The notes below the pieces were generated by a model. The model had not been told where the DNA came from and searched no databases. It worked only from the letters and a program-made list of their open reading frames with translations. Below are positions 39,846-55,100 of a stretch of DNA of 64,000 nucleotides, in pieces. The DNA comes from Raja brachyura. Its lineage: Eukaryota. Position numbers and translations under genes: made by a program. Where the stretch lies: contig OY740811.1 of the NCBI GenBank assembly GCA_963514005.1, positions 27,652,001-27,716,000 on the forward strand. Reading direction: 5' to 3'. Numbering within the stretch: the first letter of the stretch is position 1; the number at the start of each line of letters is the position of its first letter.

Positions 39846-40168
39846 AAGACCTTTTAACCTTATGCACAGAGCTCGGTTTCCGCTGAGTCATATGGAGTTG
39901 GCAGCGGAGTCCTGTGATTCCACATGACTATTCAGAACCGACAGTAGGGCAGAGGTGGCACAGTACTAAAATACAATTGATTAACTTTAATATTTTTAAT
40001 TCCTTCCAAACATTACTTCATTCACTAGAGGGCACCTTGGTCGGCATGGATGAATTGGGTAGAAAGGTCTGTTTACATGATTATAACTATGATAATTACT
40101 TTAATTTCAACAATATTTTCAATTGTGTCTCCATCAAAAATTAATTATAATTCAATTTTCATTGATAG

Positions 40169-43100
40169 CGGACCATTCATCAAGCACAAATGTCACGCCA
40201 AGAAGGGATTCAACATCAGAGAGCAACCAAACGACAGAACCATCATTAATATCCAAACCTTCAAAAGAAGGAAACTCAGAATCATCTCCAACAGCAGAAT
40301 CACCCACAAGAGGCAGCTCCACTCCACAAACAACTCCTAAAACCCAGCATTCATCACAAAACTCTACAAGCATAAATCTCAATTCGTCAAAAAATGTGTC
40401 TGTTTCAGAACCTCATTTCACGACACAATTATCAGTCATGACACATTCCTCATCGGAATCATATTCCACATCAACAGAACCTTCATCAGAATCACATCCT
40501 ACAATAGCAGCATCCACAATTGCCACATCCTCTCTGGAAACAACTCCAAAAACCCAGCAATCTTCAAGAACTGAACTATCAACACAATCCAATCCAAGCA
40601 CAACCAATGTTTCATCAGTCACCGAGTCCTCTTCAGAAACACATTTAACAACATCAAGTTTATCACAGGTAACTGAGTCCTCAACAGAAACATATTCCAC
40701 ATCGACACAGGTCACATCAAAAACTGAATCACCCTCAGAAAGCCATCAGACCACTGAAGTGCCTTCAAGCTCCTTGACCTCATCAAAAACACATCCAACA
40801 TCATCACTGGAATCATCATCAACGGAGCTTCCAACAACAGCATATCCAACATTGACAACTGCTTCATCTGTTAGTGTGTCCCCATCTGAAACCCACCTAA
40901 CAACAACACCACAATCATCACCAATTCAGTCCTCAGCAGAGACCTATCCAACAACACAAACATCCACAAACAAACCTTCATCAGAAACACATCCAACAAC
41001 AGTGGAATCGTCAAGCACACAGCATACAACACAAGCACATCAAAGCTCAACAGAAGTTTCATCAGTCACTGTGTCGCCAGTTGAATCCCACTCCACAACC
41101 TCATCATCTTCATTGGTTACTGAATCCCCGTCAGAAGCACATTCAACATCTGCACAAGCATCAGTGACAACTGAAACTTCATCGGAATCCCATCCAACTA
41201 CAGAGGCATCTCGAATCACAATGTCCTCTTCAGAAAGACAGCCAACAGCACATGAATCATCAAGTACAGAGCAGACAACACAAACTCATGGAACAACATC
41301 TGAAATTTCCTCAGAAAGTGCGTCCTCATCAAAATCCCTCGCAACAGCAACAACGTCACCTTTGGTCACTGAGAGCTCAACGGTAACTTATTCTCAATCA
41401 TCGCAAATCACATCCTCCAACAAATCTACAATAGTATCACATCCAACGACAGAAGAATCATCGATCACCGTCTCCTCACCTGAAGCACATCAGACAAATA
41501 CACAGGAACCATTTACATCGACATATCCAAAGACAACACAAGCTTCAACAGAAACTATTTTGACAACAGAAACACATTTAACAACACCAATCTCAAAGCA
41601 AACGGAGCCTCCATCAGTAACCTACCCACGCACAACAGAAGGCTTATCCACAACAGAATTTTCCTCACCAACACCGAATGATAGACAGGCATCAGCAACC
41701 ACATTGTCCACAGCTGAAACACGGTCAGAAACGCAGGAATCAATAAGAACGGAGCACTCAACACAAACCTTTGCAAGCACGACACAGATTTCTTCAGAAA
41801 GTGTGCCCGTTTCAGAACCACATTTCACAACGCAATTTTCAGCCACGATACATTCCTCATCGGAATCATATTCCACATCAGTAAAAGCTTCCTCAACAAC
41901 AGAACCTTCATCAGAATCACATCCTACAATAGCAGCATCCACAATTGCCACATCCTCTCTGGAAACAACTCCAAAAACCCAGCAATCTTCAAGAACTGAA
42001 CTATCAACACAATCCAATCCAAGCACAACCAATGTTTCATCAGTCACCGAGTCCTCTTCAGAAACACATTTAACAACATCAAGTTTATCACAGGTAACTG
42101 AGTCCTCAACAGAAACATATTCCACATCGACACAGGTCACATCAAAAACTGAATCACCCTCAGAAAGCCATCAGACCACTGAAGTGCCTTCAAGCTCCTT
42201 GACCTCATCAAAAACACATCCAACATCATCACTGGAATCATCATCAACGGAGCTTCCAACAACAGCATATCCAACATTGACAACTGCTTCATCTGTTAGT
42301 GTGTCCCCATCTGAAACCCACCTAACAACAACACCACTATCATCGCCAATTCAGTCCTCAGCAGAGACCTATCCAACAACACAAACATCCACAAACAAAC
42401 CTTCATCAGAAACACATCCAACAACAGTGGAATCATCAAGCACACAGCATACAACACAAGCACATCAAAGCTCAACAGAAGTTTCATCAGTCACTGTGTC
42501 GCCAGTTGAATCCCACTCCACAACCTCATCATCTTCATTGGTTACTGAATCCCCGTCAGAAACACATTCAACATCTGCACAAGCATCAGTGACAACTGAA
42601 ACTTCATCGGAATCCCATCCAACTACAGAGGCATCTCGAATCACAATGTCCTCTTCAGAAAGACAGCCAACAGCACATGAATCATCAAGTACAGAGCAGA
42701 CAACACAAACTCATGGAACAACATCTGAAATTTCCTCAGAAAGTGCGTCCTCATCAAAATCCCTCGCAACAGCAACAACGTCACCTTTGGTCACTGAGAG
42801 CTCAACGGTAACTTATTCTCAATCATCGCAAATCACATCCTCCAACAAATCTCCAATAGTATCACATCCAACGACAGAAGAATCATCGATCACCGTCTCC
42901 TCACCTGAAGCACATCAGACAAATACACAGGAACCATTTACATCGACATATCCAAAGACAACACAAGCTTCAACAGAAACTATTTTGACAACAGTAAAAC
43001 ATTTAACAACACCAATCTCAAAGCAAACGGAGCCTCCATCAGTAACCTACCCACGCACAACAGAAGGCTTATCCACAACAGAATTTTCCTCACCAACACC

Positions 43101-46100
43101 GAATGGTAGACAGGCATCAGCAACCACATTGTCCACAGCTGAAACACGGTCAGAAACGCAGGAATCAATAAGAACGGAGCATTCAACACAAACCTTTGCA
43201 AGCACGACACAGAATTCTTCAGAAAGTGTGCCCGTTTCAGAACCACATTTCACAACGCAATTTTCAGCCACGATACATTCCTCATCGGAATCATATTCCA
43301 CGTCAGTGAAAGCTTCCTCAACAACAGAACCTTCATCAGAATCACATCCTACAATAGCAGCATCCACAATTGCCACATCCTCTCTGGAAACAACTCCAAA
43401 CACCCAGCAATCTTCAAGAACTGAACTATCAACACAATCCAATCCAAGCACAACCAATGTTTCATCAGTCACCGAGTCCTCTTCAGAAACACATTTAACA
43501 ACATCAAGTTTATCACAGGTAACTGAGTCCTCAACAGAAACATATTTCACATCGACACAGGTCACATCAAAAACTGAATCACCCTCAGAAAGCCATCAGA
43601 CCACTGAAGTGCCTTCAAGCTCCTTGACCTCATCAAAAACACATCTAACAACATCACCGGAATCATCATCAACGGAGCTTCCAACAACAGCATATCCAAC
43701 ATTGACAACTGCTTCATCTGTTAGTGTGTCCCCATCTGAAACCCACCTAACAACAACACCACTATCATCGCCAATTCAGTCCTCAGCAGAGACCTATCCA
43801 ACAACACAAACACCCACAAACAAACCTTCATCAGAAACACATCCAACAACAGTGGAATCATCAAGCACACAGCATACAACACAAGCACATCAAAGCTCAA
43901 CAGAAGTTTCATCAGTCACTGTGTTGCCAGTTGAATCCCACTCCACAACCTCATCATCTTCATTGGTTACTGAATCCCCGTCAGAAACACATTCAACATC
44001 TGCACAAGCATCAGTGACAACTGAAACTTCATCGGAATCCCATCCAACTACAGAGGCATCTCGAATCACAATGTCCTCTTCAGAAAGACAGCCAACAGCA
44101 CATGAATCATCAAGTACAGAGCAGACAACACAAACTCATGGAACAACATCTGAAATTTCCTCAGAAAGTGCGTCCTCATCAAAATCCCTCGCAACAGCAA
44201 CAACGTCACCTTTGGTCACTGAGAGCTCAACGGTAACTTATTCTCAATCATCGCAAATCACATCCTCCAACAAATCTCCAATAGTATCACATCCAACGAC
44301 AGAAGAATCATCGATCACCGTCTCCTCACCTGAAGCACATCAGACAAATACACAGGAACCATTTACATCGACATATCCAAAGACAACACAAGCTTCAACA
44401 GAAACTATTTTGACAACAGAAACACATTTAACAACACCAATCTCAAAGCAAACGGAGCCTCCATCAGTAACCTATCCACGCACAACACAAGACTTATCCA
44501 CAACAGAATTTTCCTCAACAACACCGAATGGTAGACGGGCATCAGCAACCACATTGTCCACAGCTGAAACACGGTCAGAAACGCAGGAATCAATAAGAAC
44601 GGAGCATTCAACACAAACCTTTGCAAGCACGACACAGAATTCTTCAGAAAGTGTGCCCGTTTCAGAACCACATTTCACAACGCAATTTTCAGCCACGATA
44701 CATTCCTCATCGGAATCATATTCCACATCAGTGAAAGCTTCCTCAACAACAGAACCTTCATCAGAATCACATCCTACAATAGCAGCATCCACAATTGCCA
44801 CATCCTCTCTGGAAACAACTCCAAACACCCAGCAATCTTCAAGGACTGAACTATCAACACAATCCAATCCAAGCACAACCAATGTTTCATCAGTCACCGA
44901 GTCCTCTTCAGAAACACATTTAACAACATCAAGTTTATCACAGGTAACTGAGTCCTCAACAGAAACATATTCCACATCGACACAGGTCACATCAAAAACT
45001 GAATCACCCTCAGAAAGCCATCAGACCACTGAAGTGCCTTCAAGCTCCTTGACCTCATCAAAAACACATCCAACAACATCACCGGAATCATCATCAACGG
45101 AGCTTCCAACAACAGCATATCCAACATTGACAACTGCTTCATCTGTTAGTGTGTCCCCATCTGAAACCCACCTAACAACAACACCACTATCATCGCCAAT
45201 TCAGTCCTCAGCAGAGACCTATCCAACAACACAAACATCCACAAACAAACCTTCATCAGAAACACATCCAACAACAGTGGAATCATCAAGCACACAGCAT
45301 ACAACACAAGCACATCAAAGCTCAACTGAAGTTTCATCAGTCACTGCGTCGCCAGTTGAATCCCACTCCACAACCTCATCATCTTCATTGGTTACTGAAT
45401 CCCCGTCAGAAACACATTCAACATCTGCACAAGCATCAGTGACAACTGAAACTTCATCGGAATCCCATCCAACTACACATGCATCTCGAATCACAATGTC
45501 CTCTTCAGAAAGACAGCCAACAGCACATGAATCATCAAGTACAGAGCAGACAACACAAACTCATGGAACAACATCTGAAATTTCCTCACAAAGTGCGTCC
45601 TCATCAAAATCCCTCGCAACAGCAACAACGTCACCTTTGGTCACTGAGAGCTCAACGGTAACTTATTCTCAATCATCGCAAATCACATCCTCCAACAAAT
45701 CTGCAATAGTATCACATCCAACGACAGAAGAATCATCGATCACCGTCTCCTCACCTGAAGCACATCAGACAAATACACAGGAACCATTTACATCGACATA
45801 TCCAAAGACAACACAAGCTTCAACAGAAACTATTTTGACAACAGAAACACATTTAACAACACCAATCTCAAAGCAAACGGAGCCTCCATCAGTAACCTAT
45901 CCACGCACAACAGAAGGCTTATCCACAACAGAATTTTCCTCACCAACACCGAATGGTAGACAGGCATCAGCAACCACATTGTCCACAGCTGAAACACGGT
46001 CAGAAACGCAGGAATCAATAAGAACGGAGCATTCAACACAAACCTTTGCAAGCACGACACAGAATTCTTCAGAAAGTGTGCCCGTTTCAGAACCACATTT

Positions 46101-49100
46101 CACAACGCAATTTTCAGCCACGATACATTCCTCATCAGAATCATATTCCACATCAGTGAAAGCTTCCTCAACAACAGAACCTTCATCAGAATCACATCCT
46201 ACAATAGCAGCATCCACAATTGCCACATCCTCTCTGGAAACAACTCCAAACACCCAGCAATCTTCAAGGACTGAACTATCAACACAATCCAATCCAAGCA
46301 CAACCAATGTTTCATCAGTCACCGAGTCCTCTTCAGAAACACATTTAACAACATCAAGTTTATCACAGGTAACTGAGTCCTCAACAGAAACATATTCCAC
46401 ATCGACACAGGTCACATCAAAAACTGAATCACCCTCAGAAAGCCATCAGACCACTGAAGTGCCTTCAAGCTCCTTGACCTCATCAAAAACACATCCAACA
46501 ACATCACAGGAATCATCATCAACGGAGCTTTCAACAACAGCATATCCAACATTGACAACTGCTTCATCTGTTAGTGTGTCCCCATCTGAAACCCACCTAA
46601 CAACAACACCACTATCATCGCCAATTCAGTCCTCAGCAGAGACCTATCCAACAACACAAACATCCACAAACAAACCTTCATCAGAAACACATCCAACAAC
46701 AGTGGAATCATCAAGCACACAGCATACAACACAAGCACATCAAAGCTCAACTGAAGTTTCATCAGTCACTGTGTCGCCAGTTGAATCCCACTCCACAACC
46801 TCATCATCTTCATTGGTTACTGAATCCCCGTCAGAAACACATTCAACATCTGCACAAGCATCAGTGACAACTGAAACTTCATCGGAATCCCATCCAACTA
46901 CACATGCATCTCGAATCACAATGTCCTCTTCAGAAAGACAGCCAACAGCACATGAATCATCAAGTACAGAGCAGACAACACAAACTCATGGAACAACATC
47001 TGAAATTTCCTCACAAAGTGCGTCCTCATCAAAATCCCTCGCAACAGCAACAACGTCACCTTTGGTCACTGAGAGCTCAACGGTAACTTATTCTCAATCA
47101 TCGCAAATCACATCCTCCAACAAATCTGCAATAGTATCACATCCAACGACAGAAGAATCATCGATCACCGTCTCCTCACCTGAAGCACATCAGACATATA
47201 CACAGGAACCATTTACATCGACATATCCAAAGACAACACAAGCTTCAACAGAAACTATTTTGACAACAGAAACACATTTAACAACACCAATCTCAAAGCA
47301 AACGGAGCCTCCATCAGTAACCTATCCACGCACAACAGAAGACTTATCCACAACAGAATTTTCCTCACCAACACCGAATGGTAGACAGGCATCAGCAACC
47401 ACATTGTCCACAGCTGAAACACGGTCAGAAACGCAGGAATCAATAAGAACGGAGCATTCAACACAAACCTTTGCAAGCACGACACAGAATTCTTCAGAAA
47501 GTGTGCCCGTTTCAGAACCACATTTCACAACGCAATTTTCAGCCACGATACATTCCTCATCGGAATCATATTCCACATCAGTGAAAGCTTCCTCAACAAC
47601 AGAACCTTCATCAGAATCACATCCTACAATAGCAGCATCCACAATTGCCACATCCTCTCTGGAAACAACTCCAAACACCCAGCAATCTTCAAGGACTGAA
47701 CTATCAACACAATCCAATCCAAGCACAACCAATGTTTCATCAGTCACCGAGTCCTCTTCAGAAACACATTTAACAACATCAAGTTTATCACAGGTAACTG
47801 AGTCCTCAACAGAAACATATTCCACATCGACACAGGTCACATCAAAAACTGAATCACCCTCAGAAAGCCATCAGACCACTGAAGTGCCTTCAAGCTCCTT
47901 GACCTCATCAAAAACACATCCAACAACATCACCGGAATCATCATCAACGGAGCTTCCAACAACAGCATATCCAACATTGACAACTGCTTCATCTGTTAGT
48001 GTGTCCCCATCTGAAACCCACCTAACAACAACACCACTATCATCGCCAATTCAGTCCTCAGCAGAGACCTATCCAACAACACAAACATCCACAAACAAAC
48101 CTTCATCAGAAACACATCCAACAACAGTGGAATCATCAAGCACACAGCATACAACACAAGCACATCAAAGCTCAACTGAAGTTTCATCAGTCACTGCGTC
48201 GCCAGTTGAATCCCACTCCACAACCTCATCATCTTCATTGGTTACTGAATCCCCGTCAGAAACACATTCAACATCTGCACAAGCATCAGTGACAACTGAA
48301 ACTTCATCGGAATCCCATCCAACTACACATGCATCTCGAATCACAATGTCCTCTTCAGAAAGACAGCCAACAGCACATGAATCATCAAGTACAGAGCAGA
48401 CAACACAAACTCATGGAACAACATCTGAAATTTCCTCAGAAAGTGCGTCCTCATCAAAATCCCTCGCAACAGCAACAACGTCACCTTTGGTCACTGAGAG
48501 CTCAACGGTAACTTATTCTCAATCATCGCAAATCACATCCTCCAACAAATCTGCAATAGTATCACATTCAACGACAGAAGAATCATCGATCACCGTCTCC
48601 TCACCTGAAGCACATCAGACAAATACACAGGAACCATTTACATCGACATATCCAAAGACAACACAAGCTTCAACAGAAACTATTTTGACAACAGAAACAC
48701 ATTTAACAACACCAATCTCAAAGCAAACGGAGCCTCCATCAGTAACCTATCCACGCACAACAGAAGACTTATCCACAACAGAATTTTCCTCACCAACACC
48801 GAATGGTAGACAGGCATCAGCAACCACATTGTCTACAGCTGAAACACGGTCAGAAACGCAGGAATCAATAAGAACGGAGCATTCAACACAAACCTTTGCA
48901 AGCACGACACAGAATTCTTCAGAAAGTGTGCCCGTTTCAGAACCACATTTCACAACGCAATTTTCAGCCACGATACATTCCTCATCGGAATCATATTCCA
49001 CATCAGTGAAAGCTTCCTCAACAACAGAACCTTCATCAGAATCACATCCTACAATAGCAGCATCCACAATTGCCACATCCTCTCTGGAAACAACTCCAAA

Positions 49101-52100
49101 CACCCAGCAATCTTCAAGGACTGAACTATCAACACAATCCAATCCAAGCACAACCAATGTTTCATCAGTCACCGAGTCCTCTTCAGAAACACATTTAACA
49201 ACATCAAGTTTATCACAGGTAACTGAGTCCTCAACAGAAACATATTCCACATCGACACAGGTCACATCAAAAACTGAATCACCCTCAGAAAGCCATCAGA
49301 CCACTGAAGTGCCTTCAAGCTCCTTGACCTCATCAAAAACACATCCAACAACATCACCGGAATCATCATCAACGGAGCTTTCAACAACAGCATATCCAAC
49401 ATTGACAACTGCTTCATCTGTTAGTGTGTCCCCATCTGAAACCCACCTAACAACAACACCACTATCATCGCCAATTCAGTCCTCAGCAGAGACCTATCCA
49501 ACAACACAAACATCCACAAACAAACCTTCATCAGAAACACATCCAACAACAGTGGAATCATCAAGCACACAGCATACAACACAAGCACATCAAAGCTCAA
49601 CTGAAGTTTCATCAGTCACTGTGTCGCCAGTTGAATCCCACTCCACAACCTCATCATCTTCATTGGTTACTGAATCCCCGTCAGAAACACATTCAACATC
49701 TGCACAAGCATCAGTGACAACTGAAACTTCATCGGAATCCCATCCAACTACAGAGGCATCTCGAATCACAATGTCCTCTTCAGAAAGACAGCCAACAGCA
49801 CATGAATCATCAAGTACAGAGCAGACAACACAAACTCATGGAACAACATCTGAAATTTCCTCACAAAGTGCGTCCTCATCAAAATCCCTCGCAACAGCAA
49901 CAACGTCACCTTTGGTCACTGAGAGCTCAACGGTAACTTATTCTCAATCATCGCAAATCACATCCTCCAACAAATCTCCAATAGTATCACATCCAACGAC
50001 AGAAGAATCATCGATCACCGTCTCCTCACCTGAAGCACATCAGACAAATACACAGGAACCATTTACATCGACATATCCAAAGACAACACAAGCTTCAACA
50101 GAAACTATTTTGACAACAGAAACACATTTAACAACACCAATCTCAAAGCAAACGGAGCCTCCATCAGTAACCTATCCACGCACAACACAAGACTTATCCA
50201 CAACAGAATTTTCCTCACCAACACCGAATGGTAGACAGGCATCAGCAACCACATTGTCCACAGCTGAAACATGGTCAGAAACGCAGGAATCAATAAGAAC
50301 GGAGCATTCAACACAAACCTTTGCAAGCACGACACAGAATTCTTCAGAAAGTGTGCCCGTTTCAGAACCACATTTCACAACGCAATTTTCAGCCACGATA
50401 CATTCCTCATCGGAATCATATTCCACATCAGTGAAAGCTTCCTCAACAACAGAACCTTCATCAGAATCACATCCTACAATAGCAGCATCCACAATTGCCA
50501 CATCCTCTCTGGAAACAACTCCAAACACCCAGCAATCTTCAAGGACTGAACTATCAACACAATCCAATCCAAGCACAACCAATGTTTCATCAGTCACCGA
50601 GTCCTCTTCAGAAACACATTTAACAACATCAAGTTTATCACAGGTAACTGAGTCCTCAACAGAAACATATTCCACATCGACACAGGTCACATCAAAAACT
50701 GAATCACCCTCAGAAAGCCATCAGACCACTGAAGTGCCTTCAAGCTCCTTGACCTCATCAAAAACACATCCAACAACATCACCGGAATCATCATCAACGG
50801 AGCTTCCAACAACAGCATATCCAACATTGACAACTGCTTCATCTGTTAGTGTGTCCCCATCTGAAACCCACCTAACAACAACACCACTATCATCGCCAAT
50901 TCAGTCCTCAGCAGAGACCTATCCAACAACACAAACATCCACAAACAAACCTTCATCAGAAACACATCCAACAACAGTGGAATCATCAAGCACACAGCAT
51001 ACAACACAAGCACATCAAAGCTCAACTGAAGTTTCATCAGTCACTGTGTCGCCAGTTGAATCCCACTCCACAACCTCATCATCTTCATTGGTTACTGAAT
51101 CCCCGTCAGAAACACATTCAACATCTGCACAAGCATCAGTGACAACTGAAACTTCATCGGAATCCCATCCAACTACACATGCATCTCGAATCACAATGTC
51201 CTCTTCAGAAAGACAGCCAACAGCACATGAATCATCAAGTACAGAGCAGACAACACAAACTCATGGAACAACATCTGAAATTTCCTCAGAAAGTGCGTCC
51301 TCATCAAAATCCCTCGCAACAGCAACAACGTCACCTTTGGTCACTGAGAGCTCAACGGTAACTTATTCTCAATCATCGCAAATCACATCCTCCAACAAAT
51401 CTGCAATAGTATCACATTCAACGACAGAAGAATCATCGATCACCGTCTCCTCACCTGAAGCACATCAGACAAATACACAGGAACCATTTACATCGACATA
51501 TCCAAAGACAACACAAGCTTCAACAGAAACTATTTTGACAACAGAAACACATTTAACAACACCAATCTCAAAGCAAACGGAGCCTCCATCAGTAACCTAT
51601 CCACGCACAACAGAAGACTTATCCACAACAGAATTTTCCTCACCAACACCGAATGGTAGACAGGCATCAGCAACCACATTGTCTACAGCTGAAACACGGT
51701 CAGAAACGCAGGAATCAATAAGAACGGAGCATTCAACACAAACCTTTGCAAGCACGACACAGAATTCTTCAGAAAGTGTGCCCGTTTCAGAACCACATTT
51801 CACAACGCAATTTTCAGCCACGATACATTCCTCATCGGAATCATATTCCACATCAGTGAAAGCTTCCTCAACAACAGAACCTTCATCAGAATCACATCCT
51901 ACAATAGCAGCATCCACAATTGCCACATCCTCTCTGGAAACAACTCCAAACACCCAGCAATCTTCAAGGACTGAACTATCAACACAATCCAATCCAAGCA
52001 CAACCAATGTTTCATCAGTCACCGAGTCCTCTTCAGAAACACATTTAACAACATCAAGTTTATCACAGGTAACTGAGTCCTCAACAGAAACATATTCCAC

Positions 52101-55100
52101 ATCGACACAGGTCACATCAAAAACTGAATCACCCTCAGAAAGCCATCAGACCACTGAAGTGCCTTCAAGCTCCTTGACCTCATCAAAAACACATCCAACA
52201 ACATCACCGGAATCATCATCAACGGAGCTTTCAACAACAGCATATCCAACATTGACAACTGCTTCATCTGTTAGTGTGTCCCCATCTGAAACCCACCTAA
52301 CAACAACACCACTATCATCGCCAATTCAGTCCTCAGCAGAGACCTATCCAACAACACAAACATCCACAAACAAACCTTCATCAGAAACACATCCAACAAC
52401 AGTGGAATCATCAAGCACACAGCATACAACACAAGCACATCAAAGCTCAACTGAAGTTTCATCAGTCACTGTGTCGCCAGTTGAATCCCACTCCACAACC
52501 TCATCATCTTCATTGGTTACTGAATCCCCGTCAGAAACACATTCAACATCTGCACAAGCATCAGTGACAACTGAAACTTCATCGGAATCCCATCCAACTA
52601 CAGAGGCATCTCGAATCACAATGTCCTCTTCAGAAAGACAGCCAACAGCACATGAATCATCAAGTACAGAGCAGACAACACAAACTCATGGAACAACATC
52701 TGAAATTTCCTCACAAAGTGCGTCCTCATCAAAATCCCTCGCAACAGCAACAACGTCACCTTTGGTCACTGAGAGCTCAACGGTAACTTATTCTCAATCA
52801 TCGCAAATCACATCCTCCAACAAATCTCCAATAGTATCACATCCAACGACAGAAGAATCATCGATCACCGTCTCCTCACCTGAAGCACATCAGACAAATA
52901 CACAGGAACCATTTACATCGACATATCCAAAGACAACACAAGCTTCAACAGAAACTATTTTGACAACAGAAACACATTTAACAACACCAATCTCAAAGCA
53001 AACGGAGCCTCCATCAGTAACCTATCCACGCACAACACAAGACTTATCCACAACAGAATTTTCCTCAACAACACCGAATGGTAGACGGGCATCAGCAACC
53101 ACATTGTCCACAGCTGAAACACGGTCAGAAACGCAGGAATCAATAAGAACGGAGCATTCAACACAAACCTTTGCAAGCACGACACAGAATTCTTCAGAAA
53201 GTGTGCCCGTTTCAGAACCACATTTCACAACGCAATTTTCAGCCACGATACATTCCTCATCGGAATCATATTCCACATCAGTGAAAGCTTCCTCAACAAC
53301 AGAACCTTCATCAGAATCACATCCTACAATAGCAGCATCCACAATTGTCACATCCTCTCTGGAAACAACTCCAAACACCCAGCAATCTTCAAGGACTGAA
53401 CTATCAACACAATCCAATCCAAGCACAACCAATGTTTCATCAGTCACCGAGTCCTCTTCAGAAACACATTTAACAACATCAAGTTTATCACAGGTAACTG
53501 AGTCCTCAACAGAAACATATTCCACATCGACACAGGTCACATCAAAAACTGAATCACCCTCAGAAAGCCATCAGACCACTGAAGTGCCTTCAAGCTCCTT
53601 GACCTCATCAAAAACACATCCAACAACATCACCGGAATCATCATCAACGGAGCTTCCAACAACAGCATATCCAACATTGACAACTGCTTCATCTGTTAGT
53701 GTGTCCCCATCTGAAACCCACCTAACAACAACACCACTATCATCGCCAATTCAGTCCTCAGCAGAGACCTATCCAACAACACAAACATCCACAAACAAAC
53801 CTTCATCAGAAACACATCCAACAACAGTGGAATCATCAAGCACACAGCATACAACACAAGCACATCAAAGCTCAACTGAAGTTTCATCAGTCACTGTGTC
53901 GCCAGTTGAATCCCACTCCACAACCTCATCATCTTCATTGGTTACTGAATCCCCGTCAGAAACACATTCAACATCTGCACAAGCATCAGTGACAACTGAA
54001 ACTTCATCGGAATCCCATCCAACTACACATGCATCTCGAATCACAATGTCCTCTTCAGAAAGACAGCCAACAGCACATGAATCATCAAGTACAGAGCAGA
54101 CAACACAAACTCATGGAACAACATCTGAAATTTCCTCAGAAAGTGCGTCCTCATCAAAATCCCTCGCAACAGCAACAACGTCACCTTTGGTCACTGAGAG
54201 CTCAACGGTAACTTATTCTCAATCATCGCAAATCACATCCTCCAACAAATCTGCAATAGTATCACATTCAACGACAGAAGAATCATCGATCACCGTCTCC
54301 TCACCTGAAGCACATCAGACAAATACACAGGAACCATTTACATCGACATATCCAAAGACAACACAAGCTTCAACAGAAACTATTTTGACAACAGAAACAC
54401 ATTTAACAACACCAATCTCAAAGCAAACGGAGCCTCCATCAGTAACCTATCCACGCACAACAGAAGACTTATCCACAACAGAATTTTCCTCACCAACACC
54501 GAATGGTAGACAGGCATCAGCAACCACATTGTCCACAGCTGAAACACGGTCAGAAACGCAGGAATCAATAAGAACGGAGCATTCAACACAAACCTTTGCA
54601 AGCACGACACAGAATTCTTCAGAAAGTGTGCCCGTTTCAGAACCACATTTCACAACGCAATTTTCAGCCACGATACATTCCTCATCGGAATCATATTCCA
54701 CATCAGTGAAAGCTTCCTCAACAACAGAACCTTCATCAGAATCACATCCTACAATAGCAGCATCCACAATTGCCACATTCTCTCTGGAAACAACTCCAAA
54801 CACCCAGCAATCTTCAAGGACTGAACTATCAACACAATCCAATCCAAGCACAACCAATGTTTCATCAGTCACCGAGTCCTCTTCAGAAACACATTTAACA
54901 ACATCAAGTTTATCACAGGTAACTGAGTCCTCAACAGAAACATATTCCACATCAACACAGGTCACATCAAAAACTGAATCACCCTCAGAAAGCCATCAGA
55001 CCACTGAAGTGCCTTCAAGCTCCTTGACCTCATCAAAAACACATCCAACAACATCACCGGAATCATCATCAACGGAGCTTCCAACAACAGCATATCCAAC

